NCBI GenBank assembly: GCA_002104905.1
Contig: MCFE01000556.1
Coordinates: 1 to 58,560 of the forward strand
Direction of reading: 5' to 3'
Length of the DNA stretch: 58,560 nucleotides
Origin: Basidiobolus meristosporus CBS 931.73
Taxonomy: Eukaryota > Fungi > Basidiobolomycota
Shown here: positions 1 to 12,124 of the stretch, piece by piece
How the letters are laid out: the number at the start of each line of letters is the position of its first letter
How positions within the stretch are numbered: position 1 is the stretch's first letter
Notes under the pieces: model-generated
What the model was told of the DNA's origin: nothing
Seen by the model: only the letters and a program-made list of their open reading frames with translations
The model's database searches: none
Made by a program: the position numbers and the translations under genes

Positions 1-925
1 CGTATACTTCAATCCAGCAATGACCAGCAGCCCGTTATCGCCATGAGTCTTCACCCAGTACCAACTATACCCCATTTGTGCCAATCGCGTTTGTTTAATT
101 TGAAGCTCTGTCAATCAGCCACCACCCGAAGGATTACTCAATAGAGGGGAAAACCCATGTTCGGGTACATCTCTTCACCCATTCATCATTTAAGTGATTC
201 GGACCCAGACCAACCCGGCCAGCAATAAAGTAACCTTGATGCATGATCGAATATTCACATAAGAGTTGTTTGCCGGAATGAGTCTATGAATCTTCACTAC
301 AATTAGACCAAGTAGAATGATTCTCAACATTCATGTCCTATTCTTGCTTTGTCACAGATGAGATACATATGTCAATTTGGCCATCCCAAGGCTACTTCTC
401 GAGCGGGATTGGGTTAGATGAAATATTACTCAGGGTATATCCGCTTGTCTCTTTCGATAGTTGGAGAAATACATAATATCACACAATCCGAGGTCTATTA
501 GGGTTAGAATTGGCCCTAAGCTACCCAACCAAGTCATCTTTCCCAGCACACTACTCGGGACCATTTCTCAGGATCAGGCAAGCCGCTACAAGATTTAACT
601 TTTGTCCATTGAGCAAATTAATATTATTATTATCGATGAATGCTCAAAGGAAATGCCCAATACATAAAAGGCAATCATGTTTGATATCTCTCACAATCCT
701 GATGAACAAATAGTTAGCAAGGAAGGCTTATCTCGCCTATATACGGAAATGAGCTACTTATTCAAGTATAATTATTGAATTTTGTTTGCAATACCCCAAT
801 GCATCTCTTGTCTAAATTGGCTATATTCATATCTGTCAATATTCTCAAACCTGTCGTTTGGCTGAGAACAAATAAAAGCCGCCTGATCCTCCATGTTGAA
901 TCCTCAGAAATTCACTATCACAACT

Positions 926-2512
926 ATGAGCGAAGAAAAACCCTTCGAAAAGTCTACCCAAGTGGAGCACATCGATACTGCACAAGAAGATCCTCCCAAC
1001 TCCGATGACATTAAGCTACGCGTTGCTGGAAAGGTCCCACGCGCGGCCTGGTTCATCATCATCACCGAGTTGTGTGAGCGCTTTGCCTTCTACGGTGCCT
1101 CCCTTCTGTTTCAACCCTACATGCTCAAGGTTCTTGGCTTCAACAAGAGCACTGCCACTGCCGTGAACAGAGGCTTCCAGTTTCTTGCCTATTGCACCAC
1201 TATTCTTGGTGCCGTCGTTGCTGACCGCTACATCGGAAAGTTCAAGACCATCGTCATATTTTCCCTATTCTACATGGTGGGTTTGGTTTTCCTGGCAGTC
1301 AGCTCCCTGCCAACTTCTCTGGATGGAAGCTTCGGTGTGATCGGCTTTGTGATTGCCCTATATGTCTTCATCTCCTTCGGCACTGGTGGCATCAAGTCCA
1401 ATGTTTCCTCCTTTGCCGCTGAACAGATCAAGGAAGGAATCTTCCCAACAAAAACCCCCGGCGTCTACACCGACTCACAACTCACCGTTGAGCGCATCTT
1501 CCGCTTCTTCTACTGGGCCATCAACTGTGGTGCCTTGTTAGGCCAGTTCATATGTCCCATCGTTGCCAACGACTACGGATCCTATCCCCTGGCCTACTCA
1601 CTGCCAGCGATCATGTTCGTGATTGGCCTCGTGATCTTTGTGTCCGCCAAAAAGCTGTACTATGTTAAACCTCCATCCGGCACTGTCCTCTCCAAGACCT
1701 ACTCCTGCATCAAGTATGCTTTGTCCCATCGCAAGGCCCCATTGAACAATGCCAAGACCAATGGGCCCATTGAGCACTGGTTGGACTATGCTAAGGTGGA
1801 TGGCTTTGAGTGGAACGATCAGTTCATCGAGGATCTCAAGAAAACCCTGCGTGCATGCTTGGTGTTCCTGTTCTATCCCTTCTACTGGGCTCTGTACTAC
1901 AACATGTCCGACAACTTCATCAACATGGGACTGACAATGCAAAGACCATCGTTCATCAGTGGGCCCGAGCAGCTGAACCTGGTCAATAGCCTTGTCCTGG
2001 TAGTTGCCATCCCCATCTTTGACACGGTTGTCTTCCCATTGCTGAGAAGAATGGGCTGCCGTCTTGGTCCGATCACACGCATCACTATCGGGTTCACAAT
2101 CGCCACACTTGCCTTTGTCTATGTCACCGTTCTCCAAGCACAGGTCTACAAGACCGGCCCCTATTACAACTTCACTGATTTGAGCGGTCTGCCCGAGGGT
2201 GAGCAACCAGTGAACGACATCTCCATCTGGTGGCAGGTGATCCCGTTCATTGGAATCTCCATCTCTGAGATCTTCGCCTCAGTCACCGGTCTGGAATTTG
2301 CCTTTCGACAAGCCGCCCCCGAGCTCAAGTCAGTGGTGACCTCTCTTTTCCTGTTCACCAACTGTGGTGGTAGTCTGATTGGCCTGATCCTTGCAGTCTG
2401 GAGCAACGACCCCAACTTTGTGTATGTGTTCGGCATCCAAACCGGACTGATGGGAGTCATGACCGTCATCTTCTATTGGATCTTCCGGAAATTTGATAGC
2501 ATTGAGTGTTGA
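926..2512 (+). CDS. PTR2: POT/PTR family proton-dependent di/tripeptide transporter (intronless; ORF open from 893, likely start MSEEK at 926)
   Basis: ExxERF-type motif ITELCERFAFYG; GAVVADRYIGKFKTI; GTGGIKSNVSSFAAEQ; FYWAINCGAL; about 12 hydrophobic segments. Confidence 0.92.
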   Translation: MSEEKPFEKSTQVEHIDTAQEDPPNSDDIKLRVAGKVPRAAWFIIITELCERFAFYGASLLFQPYMLKVLGFNKSTATAVNRGFQFLAYCTTILGAVVADRYIGKFKTIVIFSLFYMVGLVFLAVSSLPTSLDGSFGVIGFVIALYVFISFGTGGIKSNVSSFAAEQIKEGIFPTKTPGVYTDSQLTVERIFRFFYWAINCGALLGQFICPIVANDYGSYPLAYSLPAIMFVIGLVIFVSAKKLYYVKPPSGTVLSKTYSCIKYALSHRKAPLNNAKTNGPIEHWLDYAKVDGFEWNDQFIEDLKKTLRACLVFLFYPFYWALYYNMSDNFINMGLTMQRPSFISGPEQLNLVNSLVLVVAIPIFDTVVFPLLRRMGCRLGPITRITIGFTIATLAFVYVTVLQAQVYKTGPYYNFTDLSGLPEGEQPVNDISIWWQVIPFIGISISEIFASVTGLEFAFRQAAPELKSVVTSLFLFTNCGGSLIGLILAVWSNDPNFVYVFGIQTGLMGVMTVIFYWIFRKFDSIEC

Positions 2513-2639
2513 TAGGAAACACCAGTTAGTGCTCACTTGATTGTAACATTAGTATACATAGGATGTAAAAATAAATGTGAATGCATATAATTTGTATATC
2601 AATAACCGTGATATATTGAACTAACTCGTATTCTGAAAT

Positions 2640-2950
2640 CTTTGGAGCAAATAACGTGCCAGGGTTTAGATCAATTGGACCAAGTATCCCATTACAGTTG
2701 ATATACCCTTGAGAAGAGGAAGCCACCCCAATTGATTGAGGTTGGACCACCAATCCAGGCTAAGTGTCACTGAATTAACCTTTTCCATAAGCAATGAAAA
2801 CCAAATATGCAGTCTGGGTGGAAGTGCCGGAATGACCATAAGCCTCCTGTGCTTCCGCTCATGTATTGCCAGAGTTTGTATCACTTGGAAGGTCATAGGA
2901 AGTAGGTGAAGTTTCAATCTCAATAAAGGCAGTATACTGTGTAAATGTAG
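2640..2950 (-). pseudogene. Pepsin-family (A1) aspartic protease relic, N-terminal lobe
   Basis: Manual minus-strand translation through stops: FTQYTAFIEIETSPTSYDLPSDTNSGNT*A...FIAYGKG*FSDT*PGLVVQPQSIGVASSSQGYINCNGILGPIDLNPGTL. This follows the Y..VGVGSP..Y.L..DTGSSNTW...YGSG.FSG...QSIGVAS...DGILG.GP.DL..GTL pattern of polyporopepsin-type proteases. Three stop codons, and DTG is altered to DTN. Confidence 0.7.
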
Positions 2951-3820
2951 GTATGCTTCATTGTTTATCAGAATAGATAATCTAGCAGAATGAAGCAGTA
3001 GCTGTACGGACCACATTATTTTGAGCTAGAATGCTTCCAACTGCTCAAGCATACCTATTTCTATATTATAGACTTGTTCCGCTGGTCTTTAGTCAGATAT
3101 GGACAAATTCAAATTAGGAGTGTTTGTTCTCCGGTGACTTTCCCTCCCGATCCTAACTGACTTTAATCCTTTTGGTCATTACCATCTCCTATAGTGTATC
3201 AATATTTGCCAGTCTACGGGACTTGCAAAACAAAGTAGAGCAAACTACAATCACAGCAATGTGAAATATCAGGCGGAGTCAAGCCACATCCAATTAATTT
3301 TTGTATATTCACATCAGAACCCGATACTTGAGGTATATTTCAGAGCTATCCCTAAATGTGTTTAAAAAATCGTATTCAAGGTGCTTAAGGTCAAAGTTGT
3401 TTATTCCTTCCCAGGCAGTAGCAAAAATTAAGAGGTACTTTTAATTAGCCGTTGCAATACCTCATAAAGAGCTTTGGCATATCTTGGTAATCTATCTGCA
3501 ACCTTCTTAATGAGTTCTTTCTGACCATTTAACTTGAGATGTATAAGTTATACAACTATCATATGTGCTATTACTGAATCTGTGCGCATTAATCAGCAGC
3601 TGATATTCTATTGGTGCTACTGTAAGATTGATTGACAAAGTATTATAAGAGTAAGCACCAAAATAGTCATTGAACTATAGAACAAACTGACAGAATGACC
3701 TTGAATAGTTGCTTAGCTGTGTTGCCATTGCTTTATTTTATATGAGTGGATCAAATCAAAGGATGATGTTTCTTTGCAAGAAAATAAAGTAGGCATGAGG
3801 GAGAAGGGGTGGCGTAATCT

Positions 3821-4711
3821 TTACCATAACGATGGCATCTTAAAGTACCGAAGCTGTTGCCAATCCTTGAACGTCTCCACATCCCAGTTGAAAGCAGCCC
3901 AATGGACCATAAAATCCCCAGGTCGGTACATCTCGTAGAGTTTTTTCATCATCCAGTACGAGTTGAAACTACACTGTGGTAAATACTTGACTTTCTCATT
4001 CTCCTTCAACTCCGTGTGCACACGCAAAATTGTAATCATCCAGTCCTGCTCGTGATTATTAGGGCCCAATTCCGACCAGACCAGGTCCATAAAGTGACGA
4101 GACCAGTCATCGTTCTTGATCAAAAACACCCCAGCGTTGAGGCAAAACCAGTCCTTGGTGATGATAAGAGGATAGCGGTTATCGATAAACTGCTCCAGTC
4201 GAATATCCATATTGGCAATCAGGGCATCAGTGTCCATCCAAAAGATCCAATCGTGTTCATCCTTGGCGAGTTCGTCCTTGATCATCTTAATCTTGGCCCA
4301 GGCAGGAACAGCACCGACGGCTTTGACTTCATCAAAGTAATGAGTGACATTGGTATCCCTAAGGTCGTATCGGCCTAGATGATGAGCGATGTATTCTCGG
4401 CGGTTGTGGTAGGAGATGTCACCGAGCTGCCTACATTTCGAGTTTGGATCCGGGTTTGTACACACTTGACCCGAGAGGATGATAATTCGAGGGTCTTGGT
4501 ATTCAGGGTTATTCTTACTGTGGTTGTCATTTGCCACTGTTGTTGAGGACTCAGAGATGGGTCGTCCTCTTTGGTAAATTGGATCCACGTAAGGTATACA
4601 GGTCCTTGGGAAGTGGACAAATATATAAGGACCCAGGAGAAGGCCAACGGTGGCAAGACAGGCGAGGAGCAAGATTATTCGCTTAGTCTTGAACCGAAGT
4701 ATAGGGCCCAT
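3821..4711 (-). CDS. Glycosyltransferase family 34 (MNN10/GMA12-like), type II membrane protein
   Basis: N-terminal TM anchor; WAKIKMI, WIFWMDTDAL (DxD), LNAGVFLIKN, EQD and GDFMVHWA motifs. Confidence 0.88.
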   Translation of the reverse strand: MGPILRFKTKRIILLLACLATVGLLLGPYIFVHFPRTCIPYVDPIYQRGRPISESSTTVANDNHSKNNPEYQDPRIIILSGQVCTNPDPNSKCRQLGDISYHNRREYIAHHLGRYDLRDTNVTHYFDEVKAVGAVPAWAKIKMIKDELAKDEHDWIFWMDTDALIANMDIRLEQFIDNRYPLIITKDWFCLNAGVFLIKNDDWSRHFMDLVWSELGPNNHEQDWMITILRVHTELKENEKVKYLPQCSFNSYWMMKKLYEMYRPGDFMVHWAAFNWDVETFKDWQQLRYFKMPSLW

Positions 4712-5300
4712 TTTTTGTTTACTTGGCAGGCAAGGCGAAGGGAAGCGAGAACATATGCATATCTGCCCTCTGCCACATTGATTTCGTATGATGATTGGTT
4801 ACAGCTTTCCAAACCGATCCCTCCACAACCCCAAGATTGGTCGGCAAATCACCACCTCGGACCGCCCCGGACTTTTCTAAATCAGATACGCCTTCTCGCT
4901 GTGTTATGTCTGAGCACAATAGGTATATCACATAATCATTCTATCTTGCAGTTCAGCCCATGAGCAAGGCGGCAATGGTCGTAGGTTCTGACTTTGCGGC
5001 ACCCTCACGTAGTCCCATCATCATAGAACACCAACAGCGAGGGACTGTGATTACCCCTTTGCATCACAGCCTTTGTTGCATATTGGTTGTTACCCGCCAT
5101 TGAAGTTATTCTCTATTACATGATGCGCTGGTATATCCCCTCGTCTCTATCATACCACCCTCGGACCCCTCGCTACCACACCCCTGCATCTGCCCATCCG
5201 ACCACGATAGCAATACCCTTGATTTGGCTGACTGTTCCCAGTACTATCAAGACTTCAAACATAGACTTGTACATAATATAGAGCATGTATTTATTTAGTT

Positions 5301-6926
5301 TTAAGCCAGCCAGAACCAGGCTTTCTCCAGCCAGTTTCTGGGTACGCGCTCCTCCGCCATAGCTTCAAGTTCATCCATCTCCTTTTTGCCGGTGATCGCG
5401 TCAACCTGCTCGACAGGAATGTACAGTGGCGTGCGAGAGTAGATCTTGTGGCCGATGTATAGAATCAGGAAGACGGGGATCGTAATGTAGGCAGCAATAA
5501 AGTCTTTGGCTTTGAAAGGCACGAACGTCTGGAAGCCGCTGGTGATGGTGAGTAGCGAGACGATCACCAGCGTGAAATAGGTGGCGTAGGGTTGCAGTTT
5601 CGTTTTGTAGGGGAGGGTGTGCAGGAGGCCGTTGAACTCCATGGCGCGGCGAAAGCGCAGATAGGTGATCATGACTACAATCCAGGCTATGAAGCCAGAG
5701 ATGGTTGAGATGCTGACAAACCAGTTGAAGACGGTGGCCCCTGCGTTGGACACATTAAGAAAGGCCAGCAGACCAAAGCACCAAGTGAACAGGACCGCCA
5801 CATAAGGAACGCCTCGGCGGTTGGTGACTCCGAACCACTTGGGGGCCTGGCCGTTGAGAGCCATAGAATAGATGATTCTACTGCCCGAGTAGAGGAACGA
5901 GTTGCCAGCCGACCATGCAGACGTAAGGATGGCAGCATTGATGATGTGGTTGAGTACAGGGATGCCAACTCGCTGAATCCCGATGACAAATGGTGATGCG
6001 CTAGCATTGGATGCGCCAAGAAGGTTCTTGTCGTCCGAAGGAACAAGGATGCCGATGATCAGTGAGGACAAACCGTAGAACCCGGCCAAACGCCAGACGA
6101 AGCGACGGGCGGCCTTGGGGATATTGCGTCGGGGATCGATGGTCTCACCGGCAGCAATGGCGATGAGTTCAGGCGAGGTGATGAAAGCAAACCCCGCGGT
6201 GATAAAGGCATGCCAGTACCCAAGGAAGCGACCGGTACTCCCTTCGGCCATGTACGGCTTGAATGCACCGGCGGTTTTCCAGTAATGGAATCCAAGCACA
6301 GAGTCCTGGTTGGGACCACCACCGAAGAAGATGACGATGCCTAGGATGATAAGGCCACAGATGGTGATGAGCTTTATGCTGGCAAACCAGAACTCAGCCT
6401 CACCGAAGAAGCTCACAGCGACAATATTGAGAAGGAGCATGATGACTAGGACAATGCTGATCCAAACGGCAATATTGACCGGCAAGTTCCAGTAATCGAT
6501 GATGAGGCCGGCTGCAGTGGCCTCAGCTCCAATGAGCATGGCGTATGCGTACCAATAGTTCCAACCAATGGCGAAGGCGAGACTAGGATCGGCGAATCGG
6601 CCGACGAAGTAGGGGACAGTGATCCCGTGCATGGGGAGGTACACGACCATCTCAGCGAGGTTGTTCATAACGTTCCACACGATCAGCATCATGGACAGGT
6701 AAGCCATGAAGAGCGGCGCTGGACCAGTGTCGGCAAGGATGCCACCGGAACCGACGAAGAGACCCGTGCCGATAGCACCTCCAAGGGCGAGAAACTGGAT
6801 GTGTCGACTCTGGAGACCACGCGCAAGCTGGTCATGTTTTTCTGCCAAATTATATTCTGGGTTTTCAACAGTGTGGTTTGATTTGAAGTTACTCTCGTGC
6901 GAGGCAACATTGATTTCCTTCTCCAT
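5301..6926 (-). CDS. Amino-acid permease, APC/YAT family (Put4-like proline/general permease), intronless
   Basis: RHIQFLALGGAIGTGLFVGSG, GEAEFWFASIK, AGETIDPRRNIPKA; 12 TM pattern. Confidence 0.93.
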   Translation of the reverse strand: MEKEINVASHESNFKSNHTVENPEYNLAEKHDQLARGLQSRHIQFLALGGAIGTGLFVGSGGILADTGPAPLFMAYLSMMLIVWNVMNNLAEMVVYLPMHGITVPYFVGRFADPSLAFAIGWNYWYAYAMLIGAEATAAGLIIDYWNLPVNIAVWISIVLVIMLLLNIVAVSFFGEAEFWFASIKLITICGLIILGIVIFFGGGPNQDSVLGFHYWKTAGAFKPYMAEGSTGRFLGYWHAFITAGFAFITSPELIAIAAGETIDPRRNIPKAARRFVWRLAGFYGLSSLIIGILVPSDDKNLLGASNASASPFVIGIQRVGIPVLNHIINAAILTSAWSAGNSFLYSGSRIIYSMALNGQAPKWFGVTNRRGVPYVAVLFTWCFGLLAFLNVSNAGATVFNWFVSISTISGFIAWIVVMITYLRFRRAMEFNGLLHTLPYKTKLQPYATYFTLVIVSLLTITSGFQTFVPFKAKDFIAAYITIPVFLILYIGHKIYSRTPLYIPVEQVDAITGKKEMDELEAMAEERVPRNWLEKAWFWLA

Positions 6927-8623
6927 TGTGTGGATGATTAGTTGCGTAGGTTCTATGTAAATGCAATAAGTTGGGGGGGGAGGTCTGACTCGGATGATAC
7001 GGGAAGGAAGATAGGACGAGAAAGATGCGAGACTGAGGCAGGAAACCGGAGGAAGAGAGGACAGCGAGGAGAGGAGTAGGTGAGGTGGCCAAGAGATAAA
7101 GAGTCTGAGATCAGGGTGGCCAGATTTTTATACGTGGACGGGCATGCCGGTGATGGTCACGTCATCCGCAACCCAGGACCCAGTCCGTTGACAAGCCTGG
7201 GATGATTTAGGTACGTTACCTCAAATTGGACTGCTTTCACGCTAGTTGCCGCCTCTGAGCCGTGACAGGTCACCGTGAATTGTTGCAAGGTGTTGACGAT
7301 ACACCTTTAATTCAGCCCGACGCTTCATGAACACCAATGTGTGCATCGAATGTGGATAATTAACCTACCACAAGTGCAATCATAATTTCAATTTCGGGTG
7401 TGGGGATGGTTTGTGTGCCAGCTCGCACAATCCAATCATGGTTTGGAAATATGGTTGTCCTACCTTCCGCTTTTACTGATCGGGATAAAGTGAGTTCCAA
7501 GTTGAGGTTCAATTCCACGTATTTGCTGAGGTGAACTTTCATGCATTTCTTCTACAAACCATCAATTCCGCTGTATTGGTGCTGGAGACATTGATCTTTT
7601 GAGCACTTTCCCCATGGTGATCAGTCGTCATCATGATGGACAATATAGCAGCCGCTCTGGATGGTTGTTTCTGTGATGGTCAATGTGGACTACCATATCC
7701 AGACGAGCCATGTCGTATGTTGAGTTGCAGAATCGACACATGCAATACGTGGTACTCAACCACAACCTGCTTATCACCCAATTGCCGCCCTAAGTGGTCA
7801 ATCATTATATTATTCTCATTACAGGCAAGCGATACGGTGATTCGATATCCAACGGCAAAGTGACTGAAGTAATATGGAACTGGTGGTGGGGAACTTTCCA
7901 TTCATAGCCCTACCTCTACCTCTACCTCCCCCTCTCGTCAACTTGTGCGCGAAACAAGAAGAGTGAATGTTTCTCCCGAATAGTTTCATCAATCCGGTAT
8001 AGACATATTTGGTAGGGTCAAATGGGGTAGCTGGTCATGTGCCAACCGTAGGCATAGTGGGACTTTTTAGATGACTGCGAAAACAACCAACTATTTAGGA
8101 ATTCCTGTCACATTAGAAACACCAATGGATGTCATCGCTTGATATATCTGGTTATCGAGTGAGAATTGGGAGAAATCTGCCGAGGATTTTGGAAACTTCA
8201 AAGTTTCGGGCACTGAGGAGGGGTCGTCTTCAATATCAATGTTTGCAAACAAATCCAGACGGATATTGCGGAAGCCAGAGGGGATTTTAGACAATCGGCC
8301 AAACTTACGGGTTCGCACGCCAATATAGTTTCCACACTGTATCGTATCCCAAGCGAGATCATTGGCGCTACCAGGCACGGATGACTGGGATGATCATGCA
8401 TCAATAGGATAGGCCTTTCTGAAACCTCCCAGTAGAGTAATCCGCGCCCCAGTGGAATGGTTGGTGTAATAGTAAAGAGCTGATGACAGAACAATGGCGA
8501 TCTCAGATAAGAAAGCCCCATGAATTAGGCAGTGTAGGCAGTGAAGGAATCGTAGGCTTTTAGAAGAGATTTAGGTATTTCTACAATGTCTTTGGTGTGT
8601 TGAGCAGCAGCCCCGGGATACTT

Positions 8624-8700
8624 CTCCAAACATATCTAGATAAGTAGTGGCCATCTAAGCTCCAAGCATATCTAGATAAATGATGGCCAGTCAAGCTCCA
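8624..8700. repeat. Degenerate 36-bp tandem duplication
   Basis: CATATCTAGATAAGTAGTGGCCATCTAAGCTCCA at 8631 and CATATCTAGATAAATGATGGCCAGTCAAGCTCCA at 8667. Confidence 0.7.
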
Positions 8701-11700
8701 TCCATATTCAGGTACAATTCATCCCATTTAACTCCACTGATAGATGAAACAACGGGGTGTTACTGAGGAACCAGAGAGTCCCCCCCCCCGATTAACCAAT
8801 ATTCCATGAACGAATGAGGCTGATGTCATGCCAATCTAACGAGGCAGGTTTGTTCCTGATACCGTGGGAAATAGCAAATATTCCCATAACCGAGCCTCGC
8901 TTCTAATGATGATGCGATGTGCCACAATGCGTAGACTGAGGAGTAATTATCGTGAAAGTTCCATTATACTGATACGAAAGGATCCATGCGTTTTCAAGAG
9001 CTACCGGAACGTATATATATACAAATGGATTACTTTGTATGGTATTTTAACTCACATTCCGAGCAGATAAACCTGTCACGAATCACTTAGGTAAATATCT
9101 TGTCACATGCACAAACTGTTTGGTTGTCTGGGTAACGTAAAGGAGCGTAATATAGCACAATCGAGCCAGCTAATGTCGGCAAAAGTGCACGCACACCTCA
9201 CGGACTTCCTAGACTCCAAAGTTTGAACCAACAACCACAAAATGCTTCGTACCAGTGATATCGGAAGGAGCATGGGTCAGTAGGAAACTCTCACTAGCTC
9301 TAATGTAAGCACCATATAGTGGATGATGCAAACGGGTGTTGGTTTCGCTTGCCCATGATTTCTTTCTAACCGAAATGAATCAACCGCCATCCATCCGTCG
9401 CTAAAAGCCCAATAACAAATGGATAATTTGTCTGGGTAATCTTCGTAAATCAGCGGTAGCCGAAACCAATTTCAGTTGTACGCCGGGGATTCTAGCTTGT
9501 ACATTCATGCTCACATATTTAACCTTTGTGTGATACCGTAAACTGTCATCGACGGTTGGATATATAAATGCTGTTGGTATTCTCCCCCAACAAACTCGGA
9601 CATATGCTAGTATAAATCCAGGTAATCTTGGGGTGGATGTAACATACATCACGTATTGGTCTACAAACCAATGGTCATTTGGTGCCTGCAGGTTTGTTTC
9701 TTATATTGTATCTAATGCATTCTCTTAAGCCATAACTGCTCTTACCACAAAGCAAAGTATAAATACTCGATTATAATCAAGGTATTTGACCGTGTGGAAT
9801 AGCATGCACCGTCAGCTTATTGTTAGTCTGGATGGTGTTACAGGGGTGGGATCCTCTATAAACGGCTGTAGATTGATTGCTTAGGTATTCAGCTGATTCC
9901 CAAGTTATGAATTATCAACAATTCAGTGTTGAAAATACCAGCCAATTCCCCAGCCTCAACTTTGTCTATGGACTTTATTTCTGGTCAAAATTCTGTGTTG
10001 GATGCTACTTGGAGCACTTTCCATCAAGATGTCGGAAACTCAGGATGGGATATTTTTAAAGTTGTCCACAAGGCCCGCACTTGGCATACAAGTTTTAGTT
10101 CATTATGTATGTTTGTATAAGTGCCCCAGGTGTATTTATATAATCACTTACCCTAAGCAAAAAAACTAACTAAAGGCCCACAGAATACTAACAGAATTCC
10201 AAGCTTTTCTAAACTTAGATTATCAATATCTTAGACTCTGGCTATTTGGCAGACAAGGTGCCATATTTTCTAGGAGGTGACTAGGCTAAATATCATTCAT
10301 AACAAATATGATATTATGCTACTCACTACTTAGACAATCATTTATAACCAAAAATATCAAGGAAAAACACTAGCCTAATTCCAGCAAAATACCATCAGAA
10401 TACCGGCAGATTATCAGAAGAAATCAATACATGAGATTTTTCATAGGATTACTGAATACCACATAGTTGACTAGTCCTCCCAGTCACTTCCAATAGCTCT
10501 AAGCCCTGTACAGAGCTATGGCTTTTTATTTTAAAAAACTATGATGTTTCCAATTATCTAATATAACAGATAGCTGATGCTAAAATTAATGACCATCTTA
10601 CTAGGCCATCTATGAATTGATCTAACATAAGAATCATGGCAATGCACTATTTGTGTGCACCACATAGTATGGGACTCATGCAGTGCATCTTGAATTTACA
10701 CTTAGGTAGTTATATGAGCTTGGTTACTAACCCTACAAAAAAATTAAGAAAAGGTCAGCAGAATATCATCATAGTATCAGCTGAATTCTGGCTTTCCAAA
10801 AAGCGGCAACTCTCAGTATTGCAGGTACTAGCTTCACAGCAGACAAGCAGACATCCTTTCCAGGGGGAGACTGGGTCAACTAGCATTTATACCAAATTTG
10901 GTAATCAGCTGCTCATCACTTCCAACAAAAATTGCAACTGAAAATCTGAAGATGCACCAGCTGGATACCAGCTAAAAATCCAATGAATTCCAACTTTGAG
11001 ACTTTTCATAGGATTAGATAATAACTTGTGAAGCTTACTCTCTGTTGGGTGTGACTTGGAATATTTTCACCAAACTAGCAGGTACTCAGAATAGGAAAGT
11101 TTGTCCGGTTGCTCAAAAGCCCTGCAACCTAGTACACATACTTGTGGGTTCTTCTTATACATGAACCAATTTTCTTGCCAAGAAATTGTAAAAGGATAAA
11201 TACCATTCTTCAACTTTTATAAAGCATTAGGTGAAAGCCGCTTATTTACTTAATTTGAAAACCATCTATTTGTTCTCCCAATCAGCCTCCAAGTTTAGAC
11301 TTTTCTATGAATATTCCCTCGAGATAAGCCTCTTGCCGAATAGCCTTGTAAGGTCGCCTAAAGACTTGAGCAATTTAGACTATTTTCTAGAGCCTAGAGT
11401 CAAGAAACTCAATAGTGGACTTTGAAACATCACGAGGAAAAATGAAGCATGTTATCTTGGTCTAATCAACTAGCCATATTATGCTCTCCTAATCCCTCCA
11501 CTACCAATTTTAAAACAAATAACCCTTAACTCATAAATCAGGCCGCGAATAACCAAATAATCCATTCAGCCGGTAGTCTGAGTACGAGTTGGATGAGTAT
11601 CGGTTCATATAGCGTAAAATAAAGTTGGATATGAAGCTTTCGGTTGATTAATGGATGTTTACCAGTTCGATGATGCTTGCAGCTATTTCGAGAGATGTTC

Positions 11701-12124
11701 AGCCGAGCATCACTCAAGTCGAAGTGGGGTACGTTTAGTTAAATTAAGAATGGTTGACTCAGCAACAATGCGGGCTAGAAAAGCTGATTCACTTCGTCCA
11801 AATGGGGGCTCATTTGCTTAGTTCCTCTGTGACACTCGAATTTCAAGATTCCCAGTTCATGGTATATACAATTGCTTCGAATGTGCGTGTCACGATATTG
11901 ACCACTCATCGGAACAATGCCTTTGAGGTATTGGATAGCCAATTTAGTTCAGCATTCATTCGCATCTCGATGTATCGTGTTGACTGATTCTTTGCTTCGG
12001 TATCTTTGATAACCTTAAAATTAGCAGCAATGGAGCTTCGTTTTTCCGACAATTCGAAAAGGCTGCCTATATAATGCTCCTCATTCTCCCTTGTTGAAAC
12101 TCAGAACCTTCCCAATTGGCGACC

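Noticed and set aside
1-420. Possible 5' exons of a minus-strand gene running off the left edge
   Set aside because: Short open stretches, but no consistent splice path or recognisable motif
3090-3800. Coding-like minus-strand stretch (ELIKKVADRLPRYAKAL)
   Set aside because: Interrupted by stops and not assignable to any family
9700-11500. AT-rich region with short recurring words (GAGATTTTCATAGGATTA, ATACCAGC)
   Set aside because: Probably old repeat debris; no definable boundaries, TIRs or periodicity, and not a CRISPR-like array
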